From: Mizuhopecten yessoensis
Lineage: Eukaryota
Assembly: GCF_002113885.1 (NCBI RefSeq)
Contig: NW_018407599.1
Span: 4,157 to 68,156, forward strand
Direction: 5' to 3'
Length of the DNA: 64,000 nt
In this document: positions 14,535 to 28,865 of the stretch, one piece after another
How positions within the stretch are numbered: position 1 is the first letter of the stretch
How the letters are laid out: each line of letters begins with the position of its first letter
Made by a program: the position numbers and the translations under genes
The notes under the pieces: generated by a model
Databases searched by the model: none
Told to the model about the DNA's origin: nothing
Seen by the model: only the letters and a program-made list of their open reading frames with translations

Positions 14535-17030
14535 ACCGTGAGGAGAGATAAACTGGAACCGTAGACCTCTGTCATCGTAAGGGGAGATAACATGGTACTA
14601 GACCTCTGTCATCGAAAGGGGAGATAACATGGTACTAGACCTTTGTCATCGTAAGGGGAGATAACATGGTACCGTAGACCTCTGTCATCGTAAGGGGAGA
14701 TAACATGATACCGTAGACCTCTGTCATCGTAAGGGGAGATAACATGGTACCAGACCAACATGGTACCGTAGACCTCTGTCATCGTAAGGGGAGATAACAT
14801 GATACCGTAGACCTCTGTCATCGTAAGGGGAGATAACATGGTACCAGACCTTTGTCATCGTAATGGGTGGTCCTCTGTCGTCGTAAGGGGAGATAACAAG
14901 GTACCGTAGACCTCTGTCATCGTAAGGGGAGATAACATGATACCGTAGACCTCTGTCATCGTAAGGGGAGATAACATGGTACTAGGCCTCTGTCATCGTA
15001 AGGGGAGATAACATGGTACCGTGGACCTATGTCTTCTTAAGGGGAGATAACATGGTACCGTGGACCTCTGTCGTCGTAAGGGGAGATAACAAGGTACCGT
15101 AGACCTCTGTCATCGTAAGGGGAGATAACATGGTACCAGACCTTTGTCATCGTAAGGGGAGATTCCATGGTACCGTGGACCTCTGTCATCGTAAGGAGAG
15201 ATAACATGGTACCGTGGATCTCTGTCATCGTAAGGGGAAATAACATGGTACTAGACCTTTGTCATCGTAAGGGGAAATAACATGGTACCGTGGATCTCTG
15301 TCATCGTAAGGGGAAATAACATGGTACTAGACCTCTGTCATCGAAAGGGGAGATAACATGGTACCGTGGACCTATGTCTTCTTAAGGGGAGATAACATGG
15401 TACCGTGGCCCTCTGTCGTCGTAAGGGGAGATAACAAGATACCGTAGACCTCTGTCATCGTAAGGGGAGATAACATGGTACCGTGGACCTCGGTCGTCGT
15501 AAGGGGAGATAACAAGGTACCGTAGACCTCTGTCATCGTAAGGGGAGATAACATGGTACTAGACCTTTGTCATCGTAAGGGGAGATAACATGGTACCAGA
15601 CCTTTGTCATCGTAAGGGGAGATACCATGGTACCGTGGACCTCTGTCATCGTAAGGAGAGATAACATGGTACCGTGGATCTCTGTTATCGTAAGGGGAGT
15701 TAACAAGGTACCGCGGAACTCTGTCGTCGTAGGGGGAGATTACCTGGTACCGTGGACCTTTGCCATCGTAAGGGAGATGACAAGGTACCTCTGTCTTCAT
15801 AAGAGGAGATAACATGGTACCAGACCTTTGTCATCGTAAGGGGAGATAACATGGTACCGTAGACCGCTGTCATCGTAAGGGGAGATACCATGGCACCGTA
15901 GACCTCTGTCATCGTAAGGGGAGATTACATGGTACCAGACCTTTGTCATCGTAAGGGGAGATACCAAGGTACCGTAGACCTCTGTCATCGTCAGGGGAGA
16001 TAACATTGTACTAGACCTCTGTCATCGTAAGGGGAGATAACATGGTACCGTGGACCTATGTCTTCTTAAGGGGAGATAACATAGTACCGTGGACCTCTGT
16101 CATCGAAAGGGGAGATAACATGGTACCGTAGACCTATGTCTTCTTAAGGGGAGATAACATAGTACCGTGGACCGCTGTCATCGTAAGGAGAGATAACATG
16201 GTACCGTGGATCTCTGTCATCGTAAGGGGCGATAACATGGTACCGTGGATCTCTGTCATCGTAAGGGGAGTTAACAAGGTTCCGTAAAACCCTGTCGTCG
16301 TAGGGGGAGATAACCTGGTACCGTGGACCTTTGCCATCGTAAGGGAGATGACAAGGTACCTTTGTCTTCATAAAAGGAGATAACATGGTACCAGACCTTT
16401 GTCATCGTAAGGGGAGATAACATGGTACTAGACCTCTGTCATCGTAAGGGGAGATAACATGGTACCGTGGATCTCTGTCATCGTAAGGGGAGTTAACAAG
16501 GTACCGTAGAACTCTGTCGTCGTAGGGGGAGATAACCTGGTACCGTGGACCTTTGCCATCGTAAGGGAGATGACAAGGTACCTTTGTCTTCATAAAAGGA
16601 GATAACATGGTACCAGACCTTTGTCATCGTAAGGGGAGATAACAAGGTACCGTAGACCTCTGTCATCGTCAGGAGAGATAACATGGTACTCAGACCTCTG
16701 TCATCGTAAGGGTAGATAACATGGTACTAGACCTCTGTCATCGTAAGGGGAGATAACATGGTACCAGACCTTTGTCATCGTAAGGGGAGATAACATGGTA
16801 CTAGACCTCTGTCATCGTAAGGGGAGATAACATGGTACTAGACCTCTGTCATCGAAAGGGGAGATAACAAGGTACCGTAGACCTCTGTCATCGTAAGGGG
16901 AATACACATGGTACCGTAGACTGCTGTCATCGTAAGGGGAGATAACATGGTACCATACCTCTGCCATCGTAAGGGGAGATAACCTGGTACCGTGGACCTC
17001 TGTCGTCGTAAGGGAGATAACAAGGTACCC
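14535..17030. repeat. Tandem repeat, 39/37-bp monomer (GGGGAGATAACATGGTACCGTAGACCTCTGTCATCGTAA)
   Basis: Direct periodicity; recurring multi-monomer variant blocks near 15700, 16270 and 16500. Confidence 0.95.
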
Positions 17031-17194
17031 GATTCCTCAATACGTGACAGATTTTATGAGATAACTTCTATGAAAAGATTATTCCATACTGTTTCTGTGC
17101 AATTAATATTTGACTATTTACACTCTATTAATCTTTACAATATATTATGACAGATTGGCAGCCAATCTTTTCGATACAGATGTATTTTTTTAAA

Positions 17195-18660
17195 TTCTTT
17201 GTATGATAGAGACACTGACAGAGTTTCTAGACTTTATATTATAGATACACCGACAGAGTTTCTAGACTTTTGATTATAGATACAACTACATAGTTTCTAG
17301 AATTCGTATTATAGATACACCGAGAGAGTTTCTAGACTTTGTATTATAGATACACCGAGAGAGTTTCTAGACTTTTGATTACAGATACAACTACATAGTT
17401 TCTAGACTTTGTATCATAGATACACCGACAGAGTTTCTATACTTTGTTTTATAGATTCACTGACAGAGTTTATAGACTTTGTATTATACACTGTAAATTC
17501 ACCGACATAGTTTCTAGACTTTATATTTTACACTGTAAATTCACCGACATAGTTTCTAGACTTTGTATTAAACACTGTAAATTCACCGAAATAGTTTCTA
17601 GACTTTGTATTATAGATACACCGACAGAGTTTCTAGACTTTTTATTATAGATACACCGACAGAGTTTCTAGACTTTGTATTAAACACTGTAAATTCACCG
17701 AAATAGTTTCTAGACTTTGTATTATAGATACACCAACAGAGTTTCTAGACTTTGTATTATAGATACACCGACAGAGTTTCTAGACTTTGTATTAAACACT
17801 GTAAATTCACCGACAGAGTTTCTAGACTCTGTTTTATACTCTGTAGATTCACCGACAGAGTTTCTAGACTTTATATTATAGATGCACCGACAGAGTTTCT
17901 AGACTTTGTATTATAGATACACCGACAGAGTTTCTAGACTTTGTATTATAGAGACACTGACAGAGTTTCTGGACTTTGTATTATAGATACACCGACAGTG
18001 TTTCTAGACTTTGTTTTATAGATACACTGACAGAGTTTCTAGACTTTGTATGATAGAGACACTGACAGAGTTTCTAGACTTTGTATTATAGATACACCGA
18101 CAGAGTTTCTAGACTTTGTTTTATTCACCAACAGAGTTTCTAGACTTTGTATTGTAGATACACTGACAGAGTTTCTAGACTTCGTATTATAGATACACCG
18201 ACATAGTTTCTAGACTTTGTATTATAGATACACCGACATAGTTTCTAGACTTTGTATTATAGATACACCGAGAGAGTTTCTAGACTTTGTTTTATTTACC
18301 AACAGAGTTTCTAGACTTTGTATTATAGATACACCGACATAGTTTCTAGACTTTGTATCATAGATACACCGACATAGTTTCTAGACTTTGTATTATAGAT
18401 ACACCGACAGAGTTTCTAGACTTTGTATTATAGATACACCGAGAGAGTTTCTAGACTTTGTTTTATTTACCAACAGAGTTTCTAGACTTTGTATTATAGA
18501 TACACCGACAGAGTTTCTAGACTTTGTATTATAGATACACCAACAGAGTTTCTAGACTTTGTAATATAGATACACCGACAGAGTTTCTAGACTTTGTAAT
18601 ATGGATACACCAACAGAGTTTCTAGACTTTGTATTATAGATACACCGACAGAGTTTCTAG
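17195..18660. repeat. Tandem repeat, 35-bp monomer (AGAGTTTCTAGACTTTGTATTATAGATACACCGAC)
   Basis: Direct periodicity. Confidence 0.95.
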
Positions 18661-20709
18661 CCATGTAACGCTAGCTGGTGCTGTATGAGCTTAGTAACTC
18701 AGGCTGATAAGGCAGCGTTTGTCTTGTCCTAGAATTAAATCAAGGAAATCCAAGACATGTAATTGTACCAACTATCGATTTTAAAACAAGATTTTATCAG
18801 ATTGGAACGTAATGAATTCGGATTGAATTAGGGAATGCTACATTTGATTTTGGAATAGGTATTTCGTGCACCAGCTGACGTACATACCAATGATACAATC
18901 ATTCATTGCTTTATTGCCGCTTGTTAATGAGATTGTATTTGATACTGTGATTTGTTTTCAAATTAAAAACTTCATGCATGTGAGAGCGGCGTGTAATTAA
19001 CACAAAGTATGCAGTTGTATTGACTGTAAAGTCAAGGTTACGCCTAAATTGCAATCCATGTACACCAATGACAATATAGATTTTAAATTACGTGCGAGAG
19101 ACGAACGATGTACATTGAATACAAACTAGCTTTGTAGTTGACAGATAGGCAAACCCAATGTTACAATATTCCACGCGATATCATTAAACATATATTGATA
19201 TTTCTCTCCGTTCTATTTTCCATTGGTTTTTTTACCTATGACTCAAATGGCGATACTTTTGATACCGTTGATTAGATTTAGAGTTGATTAATTTTAAACA
19301 CGGGGTTGAAGATTTGTAGTTTGAGTTGGGAGTATTTTTTTTGCAAATTCCTTAGCGGCGCTTCGCTCCGCTGGGTTTGATTGTCAGCTTCTGGTGCTTC
19401 CCCTACCTGAAAGCCTTCTAGGAAATTGAGGCCACATAAAATCTAAAAATTCTAAGATAAACCCCTACGTTACCAACATCTATAACATTTTACCAGTGAA
19501 ACATCAGGAATGCATCCACTTGATACATGTATAAACATTTTCTTCTACGAAATGTTTCATCTTCACAAGTGAAGATATCACATTTTGTTTTGTCTAAACA
19601 GAATGTTACTTTCTGTTCACTACATAGAAGTTCCGATTAAGCGACGGCAGATAAAAGAGTTTGTTTAAATGCGCTTCTGCAACATAAATTATGTTATTTG
19701 CATACATACAGAATTATTTTATTTTCTGTGTGGAAATCTTACCAGATATTAGCATCAAGTCGCAAAAAAGCGTTGAGGGACCCATTGACAAAGGCGCTCT
19801 GCTTTGTTGTCAAGCGTAAGCGTGACGTCATTAGAACGTGATGTCAAATATAACGCTACAATTCCCGCACTTTTCTGTTTCTTTTTAGAAATGTAATGAA
19901 TAGAAAAAAGTTTTCCCGCTAAATATCATTTACATGATTGGTATTAATATACATGTACATCGTAGTATTCCTCGTTAGATCTACACAATATATCTAGTAC
20001 ATGTAGAGGAGAATAGGCTAACAGGACAAATATTAACAAATGTGCATCAATATGCAATACAACAAAACATCAAAACTAACGTTGACATTTAAACGTGTAC
20101 ATTTTCGTGCTTTGGGATAATTATTAAGTGGCAATAGTGCAACATGTGAGGATATTGAGGATGAACAAAATATTTTGAACGATAAAATTTATGTCAAAAT
20201 AATGACAAAATAATGGAGGAATTAATTAAAGTAACCAGGATCCGGTCGCTCGGTTGGCATCTGGTAGGTAGTGACTTTTATCAAAAGATTTCGTGTCCAG
20301 CAATTTTGCTGCATTTTCTTATTAAATACCAGAATGCAAACCTTTGACCGGGTAGAACAGTACATTGTTAATGGAGTAGTAGCTGAGACGTATTTGCAGA
20401 CAAAAATAAGGAAGACGATTCAGAAAAAAAGACAATTTTAAACTTTAATAGCTAGCATGTATCGGAAATCTTACCAGCTACGACTGAGAGGAGGTAAACA
20501 ATACATAGGAATGACAAGCTGGTAAAAAATATGGTGTTTTATGTAATCAGTCGATAAGAATTGTTGACGGTTTCCCTTTAGTACAGGAGTCGACATACCA
20601 TCAAACAGCGTTACGATTCATGCAAACGCTTTCTTTCTCTTTGTTCTATTTAAACTACTTCTTTAATGATAAAAAATAATGTATAAATCATACATGAGAA
20701 CTTTGATCG

Positions 20710-21735
20710 ACAGTATAGATTATTCGTCGAAAAAGATGAGGCCAAACGAACGCGCTCAGTATAGATTATTCGTTGAAAAAGATGAGGCATGACGAACGCC
20801 TCCAGGATAGATCATTCGTCGAGAAAGATGAGTCCTGACAAATGCGCCCAGTATTGATCATTCGTCAAAAAAATTTGAGGCCTGACGACCGCGCCCGGGA
20901 TAGATCATTCGTCGAGAAAGATGAGGCCTGACGAACGCGCTCAGTATAGATTATTCGTTGAAAAAGATGAGGCATGACGAACGCCTCCAGGATAGATCAT
21001 TCGTCAAGAAAGATGAGTCCTGACAAATGCGCCAAGTATAGATCATTCGTCGAAAAAAATTGAGGCCTGACGAACGCGCCCGGGATAGATCATTCGTCGA
21101 AAAAGATGAGGCCTGACGAACACGCCCGGGATAGATCATTCGTCGAAAAAATATGAGGCATGACGTCGCCTCCAGGATAGATTATTTTTCGAGAAAGATG
21201 AGTCCTGACGAATTCGCCCAGTAAAGATCATTCGTCTAAAAAAGATGAGGCCCAACGAACGCGTCCAGGATAGATCACATTCGTCGAGAAAGATGAGTCC
21301 TGACGAATGCACCCAGTATAGAGCATTCGACAAAAAAAAAAAAAAAATGAGGCCTGACGAACGCGCCCATGATAGATCATTCGTCAAAAAAAATGGAGGC
21401 CTGACGAACGCGCCCGGGATAGATCATTCGTCGAAAAAGATGAGGCCTGACGAACGCGCCCAGTATATAGATCATCAGTAAGGGATTGAGATAAGGCTTG
21501 ACGTACACGCCCAATATAGATAATTCGTAAGGGAGTATGAGGCCCTACATACGAACTCGCCGGTATAGTTCATGCCTAAAAGACCTGACGAACTCGCCCA
21601 GTATACAAATGTGGATTATGATGGGGCCCGACGAACTCGCCCTGTAGTATAAGGTCATTTGTAAGGGAGAATAATTAGGCCAGACGAATGCGCCCATTAT
21701 ATATCGTTCGTAAAGGAGTATGATGAAGTCTGACA
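20710..21735. repeat. Tandem repeat, about 46-bp monomer (GATAGATCATTCGTCGAAAAAGATGAGGCCTGACGAACGCGCCCGG), decaying to the right
   Basis: Direct periodicity; internal TTCGTC/GACGAA dyad. Confidence 0.9.
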
Positions 21736-21887
21736 CATGGTGTCAGGGAGGTGAGCAAAGTCCTCTTCTGTTTTCTTATCTTCAAGTTCGAATAATTCCT
21801 AGTGATTAGTGGAAATGTTACTCAATTATTTCTGCCATTTTGTCACCGAAGGAAATACAAGCTTAATATGAAAACAATCCATTCCAA

Positions 21888-22250
21888 AACAGCAGAATGT
21901 TAGCAGCTGCCTGCAAAGTCGCCTGCCTTTCCACTGTAAAAGCCTATTGTCTTGTTTCATTCATAATGCTACGGTATCTCCTGCCCCGATACCCTACGGT
22001 AGTACATGCTATTGGTTCAGGCTGGTCCCATATCTCTATAACTACACCCAAACCCAACGCGTCCCATCAATCTACTACGATATACACACGAGACAGACTC
22101 TAAATCAATGATGAGCACTGTATTGATGTAGTTTAAAGCATTTCCCCCTGTAATACGTTCACACAAAGTAAGATTTAGCCACGGATTGCGGTAATGTGCC
22201 TCTTTACACAACCAATACCAATGTCGGGCAAACAAATGCTCGCAATAAGC
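21888..22250 (+). repeat. Dispersed repeat copy 1 (direct copy at 23681-23975)
   Basis: Near-identical core CCCCGATACCCTACGGTAGTACATGCTATTGGTTCAGGCTGGTCCC...GACTCTAAATCAAT at both sites. Confidence 0.85.
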
Positions 22251-23149
22251 GTATTAACTAGTGCTGCGTGAGTTCTTGCTATTTTTTAATAACAAAACGT
22301 GACTCTATTTCGTATGTTCCGGAAGTTTTTATGTTTCTTAATACCAAACCCTGATTCTATTTTCAGCCTTTTAAAGTTCTATATGTTTCTTGGTACACTG
22401 CATCAAGCGACACCAAAGTGACGCCATTCATTTACACACATGTTGTCTCGATATTGAAATCCAAAAACAAATGCTTACTTTGAAATATCGACAGGCCATT
22501 ACATTTCTAACAAACTCCAAAATGTTAACAAGTAATGAAATTGATGTTGGGAAATGTCAAATGAATTTAGCTTGAAGCGGAAACATAAAAACAAAAAGAG
22601 ATATATTTGGTAACAGGGAAGACATGTGAAGGCGTGAACGACCAATCGTACTGCCATTTCACGTGCGTTACGTGTGATTAGCGCGTAATATCCCACCAAG
22701 TTTATAACCTAACACAGACCCAGAGAAAGGATTCCCGTTTCTCGTTCCCGTTTACTTATTGCTTGGTGGTATTGTAGTGTTTGGGTAACGACTGTATTAT
22801 GCAGGATGAGCTATTGATCTATGACTTGGTGCATGTGGTATATGGGTCGGACCTGGTCGCCCGGGATAGGTCGTCTTACATGGACTTGACGAAGTCATGT
22901 CAGGCTTTCTCTGTCGATCGTATCCGGTTACCTGGTAGTGTAGCAGTAGGCATGCGCAAACCGCTAAAGCCGGATGTGACAAAATGGCACTTCATCGGGA
23001 TGGAACGATCGATACATTTCCGATGAGCCTGTTTATAGACAACACATTTCCCATTACAGTTTTATGTAGCGACTAATAACTAAATCTAAACAATCGCGAC
23101 AGACAGATGTCCCTGGTCGTTTAAGGTTTGATTGATTTGGTATTAACTG

Positions 23150-23365
23150 ATAATGATTGGTATTTACTGGTCACTATTTATGTTTACTGTTCATCATTCA
23201 TGTTTATTGTTCACTATTGTTCTTTACTGTTCACTATTGGTCTTAACTGTTCATCATTGGTGTTTACTGTTCATCATTGATGTTTACTGTTCATTCTCGG
23301 TGTTTATTGTTCATAATTGGTCTGAACTGTTCATCATTGGTGTTTACTGTTCACTATTGGTGTTT
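23150..23365. repeat. Degenerate tandem repeat, 20-bp monomer (TGTTTACTGTTCATCATTGG)
   Basis: Direct periodicity. Confidence 0.8.
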
Positions 23366-23680
23366 GTCACAGATTAACTAATCATTAGTGTTGATTGAAA
23401 TGTCAGTCATACTATTATTATTTAAGTGATTAAAATTTCATGTAATTGTTGATGATTTTATTTCCGGTGATCCCAGGATGACCCGCCTACTGTTTAACAG
23501 TGTTTGTATCCATTGTCCGTAGAATACGCTCCATGGATTTACTTTCCAATATTTGAAAGTGCGCTGTGACTGGTATCTTGAAATGCTTATGTCTTTCACT
23601 GCATTGTAGATTTGGGTACACTTTTGTCTTACAGCGTGCTTTGCTAATACGTGGATTTATTGAAATTAATCTGGTCACAG

Positions 23681-23975
23681 ACAGCAGAATTTCAGCAGAT
23701 GCCTGCAAAGTCCTGTTTTTTTCCATTGTAAAAGGCTATTGTCTTATTTCAGTTACAATATCTCCTACCCCGATACCCTACGGTAGTACATGCTATTGGT
23801 TCAGGCTGGTCCCATATCTCTATAACTACACCCAAACCCAACACGTCCCATTAATCTACTACGATATACACACGAGACAGACTCTAAATCAATTATAGCA
23901 TTTTCCTCTCTAATAGGTTGCGGTAGCATGCCTCTTTGCGCAACCAAAAGCCGGGCAAACAAATGCTTGCAATAA
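23681..23975 (+). repeat. Dispersed repeat copy 2 (direct copy at 21888-22250)
   Basis: Same core as copy 1. Confidence 0.85.
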
Positions 23976-23979
23976 CCAT

Positions 23980-24600
23980 ACACATTTGTCTTACAGTGCC
24001 CTTTGACAATAGATGGGTTGATAGTTGGGCACACATTTGTCTTACAGTGCCCTTTGACAATAGATGGGTTGATAGTTGGGCACACATTTGTCTTACAGTG
24101 CCCTTTGACAATAGATGGGTTGATAGTTGGGCACACATTTGTCTTACAGTGCCCTTTGACAATAGATGGGTTGATAGTTGGGCACACATTTGTCTTACAG
24201 TGCCCTTTGACAATAGATGGGTTGATAGTTGGGCACACATTTGTCTTACAGTGCCCTTTGACAATAGATGGGTTGATAGTTGGGCACACATTTGTCTTAC
24301 AGTATGCTTTTTCTGATAGCCTGTACACTTGTGTCTTAAAGTGCGCTGTTCCTAATAGTTGGGTACACTTTGTCTTACAGAGCCGGTTACACTCAGTGTG
24401 TCTCACAGTGCGCTTTTGCTGACAGTTGTGTACACTTTTGCCTAACAGTGCGCTTTTGCTGACAGTTGTGGACACTTTTGCCTAACAGTGCGCTTTTGCT
24501 GACAGTTGTGTACACTTTTGCCTAACAGTGCGCTTTTGCTGACAGTTGAATGCATTGGTGTCTTACAATGCTGATATGTTGGTACACTTTTGTCTCATCG
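23980..24600. repeat. Six perfect 51-bp repeats (CACATTTGTCTTACAGTGCCCTTTGACAATAGATGGGTTGATAGTTGGGCA) within an older ~40-bp degenerate array that also occurs at ~23560-23650 and 25170-25520
   Basis: Direct periodicity; 17-aa periodic ORFs. Confidence 0.92.
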
Positions 24601-25839
24601 ACATCGTGAGTGCTTTTTTTGGTACAAGGGAGCAAGATTTGGAATAATTTACCGGTGTAAGTACGACTCTCTTCCTCCTTGACAAAATTCAAACAAAATA
24701 TGAGTGGTAACATTAAGAATGCAGTTTAATCGTCTTTTATTTTTACTGTTATACTTTTTGAATACAGCTTTGATTTGTTTTATTTTCGCTATATTAGCGT
24801 GTATTCTGTCAATTTTTAGTTTTTGCTACATTAGCATATATGTAAATTAGACAATTTGTCTTTTAATGAAACCCATAATGGATTAAGCACGGAATATATT
24901 TCGCTGCTTCTGTGATAGTTTTATTGTAATTGTATTGAACGACCGTTTAAATTATGAAATAACTGTGATATGAAATGCTGTTTCAGTAAGACCAACAATT
25001 ATGTCTTAGTAGTAACGGTGATATATATTTATGTACATTTATTTGCTGTGATACTATTTTGTCTTTTTATTAACCAATTTTACTAACAGAGGACCCTGCG
25101 GAAGATTAGCTTTGCTAAACAGGTTTTATATCCTCAATAAATAAAGTTTATTATTATTATTATTATTATTATTTTGCTGATAATTGGGTACACCTTTGTC
25201 TTACAGTGCGCTTCTGCTGATAGCCGATCACAATTGTGTCTTACAGTGCGCTTTTGCTGTTAGCCCGGTACACTTTGTCTCACTGTTAGTGCGCTTTTGA
25301 TAACAGTTGGGTTCACTTTGTCTTACAGTGCGCTTTTGCTGGTAGTTGGGTAGTTTTTGTCTCTCTGTGAGTGCGCTTCTGCTGATAGTTGGGTAGTTTT
25401 TTTTTAAAGTGCGCTGTCGGTGGTGACTCGGCAGGCTTTTGTCTTACAGTGAGTTCCTATTTGTAGTTGAGTACACTTGGGTATTGAATTGCGCTTTCAC
25501 TGGTACATGAGTACACTTTTTTACACAATGAACTATCAGTTGTAAACCCGTATACCTGTATCACAATTAATGTAATCAATGTTGAGAATATGGCTTTTAT
25601 AATGCTATTTTAACCTTAGCCCGATCATATTGCTATATTTAAAAGAATAAAATATATTTAAACTGCACTTGTTTCCATTCAATAAATTTGAATTTCTTTT
25701 TTGTTTAAAGCCAATCTAGTTTAACCTTCCGTTTTACGTTGATCGCACATGTTAAAAAATATATTTGCTGAGGTCAATACACCAATATGTTATCTATGTA
25801 TAATTATCGAGGTAATTTAAGAATAATGTGTGTTATTTA

Positions 25840-26265
25840 CTATATATCTACTGGGGAAATTTATATAAAAAGCGTGTTTTTTATAATATTTTTATGAACT
25901 AGTGTGATGTTTACACTGTATTTACCGAGGAGATTTATATGCTTGTGTGGTATTTACAATATATTTACCGAGGAGAGTTATGTACAAGTGTGGTATTTAC
26001 AATATATTTACCGAGGAGATTTATGAACAAGTGTGGTATTTACAATATATTTACCGAGGAGATTTATGAACAAGTGTGGTATTTACAATATATTTACCGA
26101 GGAGATTTATGAACAAGTGTGGTATTTACAATATATTTACCGAGGAGATTTATGAACAAGTGTGGTATTTACAATATATTTACCGAGGAGATTTATGAAC
26201 AAGTGTGGTATTTACAATATATTTACCGAGGAGATTTATGAACAAGTGTGATATTTACAATTTAT
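25840..26265. repeat. Tandem repeat, 43-bp monomer (ATTTACCGAGGAGATTTATGAACAAGTGTGGTATTTACAATAT)
   Basis: Direct periodicity; degenerate units resume at about 26980. Confidence 0.92.
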
Positions 26266-26807
26266 CATCTATATACTACTTTATACCACCTACCGGTAAC
26301 ATGATACATTCATTATCATTGGTTGTCAGTATGAGAAGAAGTTGAGAACGAATTGAGAACAACTTTAGATGAACTTGAGAACGAATTTTCCCATTCCCAA
26401 GCACTACACGTATTTTCTCAAAAAAGAACGTCTGCTCGCGCCAGATGACGTCCGAAACCGGAAATAGTGTCCACACAAAAGTCATCCGTGTAAGAAAATA
26501 GTCCGTCATAAACATATCAATATAAAGTAACGGAAAAATATTGTGAGAATAATAACACCATTTCATGTGTAAATGTGCATATGGAAAAGCCAATGACGAT
26601 AGGATTGTTTAAAAAATATATTTTCTACGTAGTTTTAAGTTTCATTGTATTTCTCCGCGCAAATCTTATATTTGTTTACATTTGTCACAGGCGATCGTTT
26701 ACCATTGAGCTTAGAAGTCAGTCATTTGTAAACCATGGCGTTTAGTTGAGTTTTTTAAATGGCGAAATATGTGAGTAGTATATAGTTGATACATGGTTTG
26801 TCATACA

Positions 26808-26948
26808 GTATTTTCAGTGATTGTCGTTCGAACAATTTTCTCATTGCTCGCACGTAGATAAAATTTCGAGTCCACCTGTGGTAGCCTCTCGATTTTATCC
26901 GCGTGCTCGCGATGAGAAAATTGTTCTCACGACAATCACTGAAAATAC
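26808..26948. repeat. Long imperfect palindrome/hairpin (arms about 55 bp), probably part of a non-autonomous element inserted in the 43-bp array
   Basis: GTATTTTCAGTGATTGTCGT..GAACAATTTTCTCAT pairs with ATGAGAAAATTGTTC..ACGACAATCACTGAAAATAC. Confidence 0.85.
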
Positions 26949-27929
26949 AGTGCGATAATCTATAAGTAATTACCGGTTAGATTTATGTATAAGTGTGATA
27001 TTTACAATGTTTTCAGCTAGGAGATATACGAACTAGTGTAAATTGTACATTGTTCGAGACGGCTTTGAGATTCTTCTATTACTAGCGTATCAGGACCTTT
27101 CAATGTTTTATATTGACATTCCTTCCAATGAACTCAGGCATATGTTGCTATTTTTACTCAGAACTGCCAGTCTACATCGATCTTCCATTGTACCGTCCAA
27201 ACAGGTCCCCCTTTGTGTGTTAATGTCTGACACAACCAAATATACACACTGAAGCATCCTCATCGTAACAGATCATTGGAGTATTCTTATCCGACATCAC
27301 TCCGCGGCCAAACCCAGGTGAACTTGTTTGATCGTACCAATCGGTAGCTCTTCCGAGGACACAAACTATTAACCGTCCATTATCGAGTGAGCAGGCATAC
27401 ACTTACAGATGGCGGAAGCCATTTAAAAAGATGTTAGATGCACTCGTATAATCTTCAGACAGGGAATCAAGGAATGCTGCCACGAGGAGTGGTACTTTAG
27501 TGTCATTTTCAGTGTCATTGTATGAGGGGTTTCCCCGTCAGGTCGTTTTTGACGTTTCTGGGGAGAGAACAAATAATTTTGCTTACCTGTATTCCGCATC
27601 TAATGCTTCAATGTAACCCAAAAAACGTCAGGGGATATGAAATCAATATTCAAAATATTGCGTTGTTAATTCGAATCATAGTTTCTTTTCATTTAATTTG
27701 TTTTATATTGAATCGTAAAAAACATTCACTCCTTCACTGACTTTGTGTATACACATACTAATCCGCACGAAAAAATAGTCCGATTAAAAGTATAATATAA
27801 ATCAATATTCCATTAAGTTAATTGTTGTTAATACAACAATAGTAACAAAGTGACATAACAGGAGATGTCACGTCAAGAGACCAGACAAACTGAATCTAAC
27901 ACCTAGTAAAACAAGCACGTGCGATGTCC

Positions 27930-28865
27930 TTGTCGGGGCCGCCTGATAACTCTACCCATCAAACAAGCCACCACCAGAGAATCAAACAGAGTCCTATGTC
28001 TGACGATTCATGATTTGTTTTGTAAGTTGACTGCGTCCTCGCAATAGCTACGGCGTCCATAGATGATACCGCCACTAATGGTTCCGTCACATTTGCGCCG
28101 GCGGTCGGCCTTGAAGTAAGAATCGGCTGGCTTCCCGGCGTCCCGGCGTCCCGGGCGCTGGGGACTTTTTTCTGATGTCTGGGATGTGCAGTGAGTACGG
28201 TCATATTAGATACGGGCACCGCACGGACCCAGCAAACAATTTAGCGGATTAAATCGAACGGACATCTGAAGGATACCGCAGGGAACCCGTAGGACTATCG
28301 CAAGGATATTGCAAGGCTATCTGACGTTGGCCGGGCTGTCGTACGGTAGCCGAAGGATGTTCGTGCAATGGGCGGGATACGTACGGAATACGTACGTAGC
28401 CTTTACGATTATAAAGGGAAGCACACAAGTCAACACCACCAAAACGTTTCCAGGAGTTTCAGACTCTGAAACAATTCCGAATCGTTTTGGTTTTATACCT
28501 AGCTCGTCCGTGACAAAATGGCGCCTGTAGATGCCCGTATGTGTGCCGTCCGGGCGCCGGAAGCATCGGCCGATGCCAGTCCGGATATCGGGCGGGCGTA
28601 GGCTGAATATCCCACGGACACCACACAGTTTGAGGACATCGGTCGGCTACCTTACGATTGCGTGCGGCACTCGTCTGTAACATGTAAAATTATACAAAAC
28701 CCCAAGATGACCGTACGATGCCAATGGGTCAGAAAAAAATCCTTTTATATCCGCGCTAAAAGCTCCCGTCGACCTGTGCAGCGTCTAAAAATTCCCTGGC
28801 TTGCCGGCCGATTTTGGCCAAAAAACTCATAACCCGAGCGCCTTTTCCCCACACAGTGACTTGGA
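27930..28865. mobile_element. GC/CpG-rich non-coding interspersed element with internal dyads; putative non-autonomous DNA transposon relic
   Basis: Abrupt GC rise. CGTACGGTAGCCGA (28340) is inverted to TCGGCTACCTTACG (28643). Ends in CACAGTGACTTGG. No convincing ORF and no left TIR found. Confidence 0.4.

Noticed and set aside
20710-21480. Tandem hammerhead ribozymes in the 46-bp repeat (CTGACGA...CGAAA)
   Set aside because: The stem II closing pair would be A-C, no stem I/III or NUH site could be built, and GACGAA/TTCGTC pairing sequesters the core.
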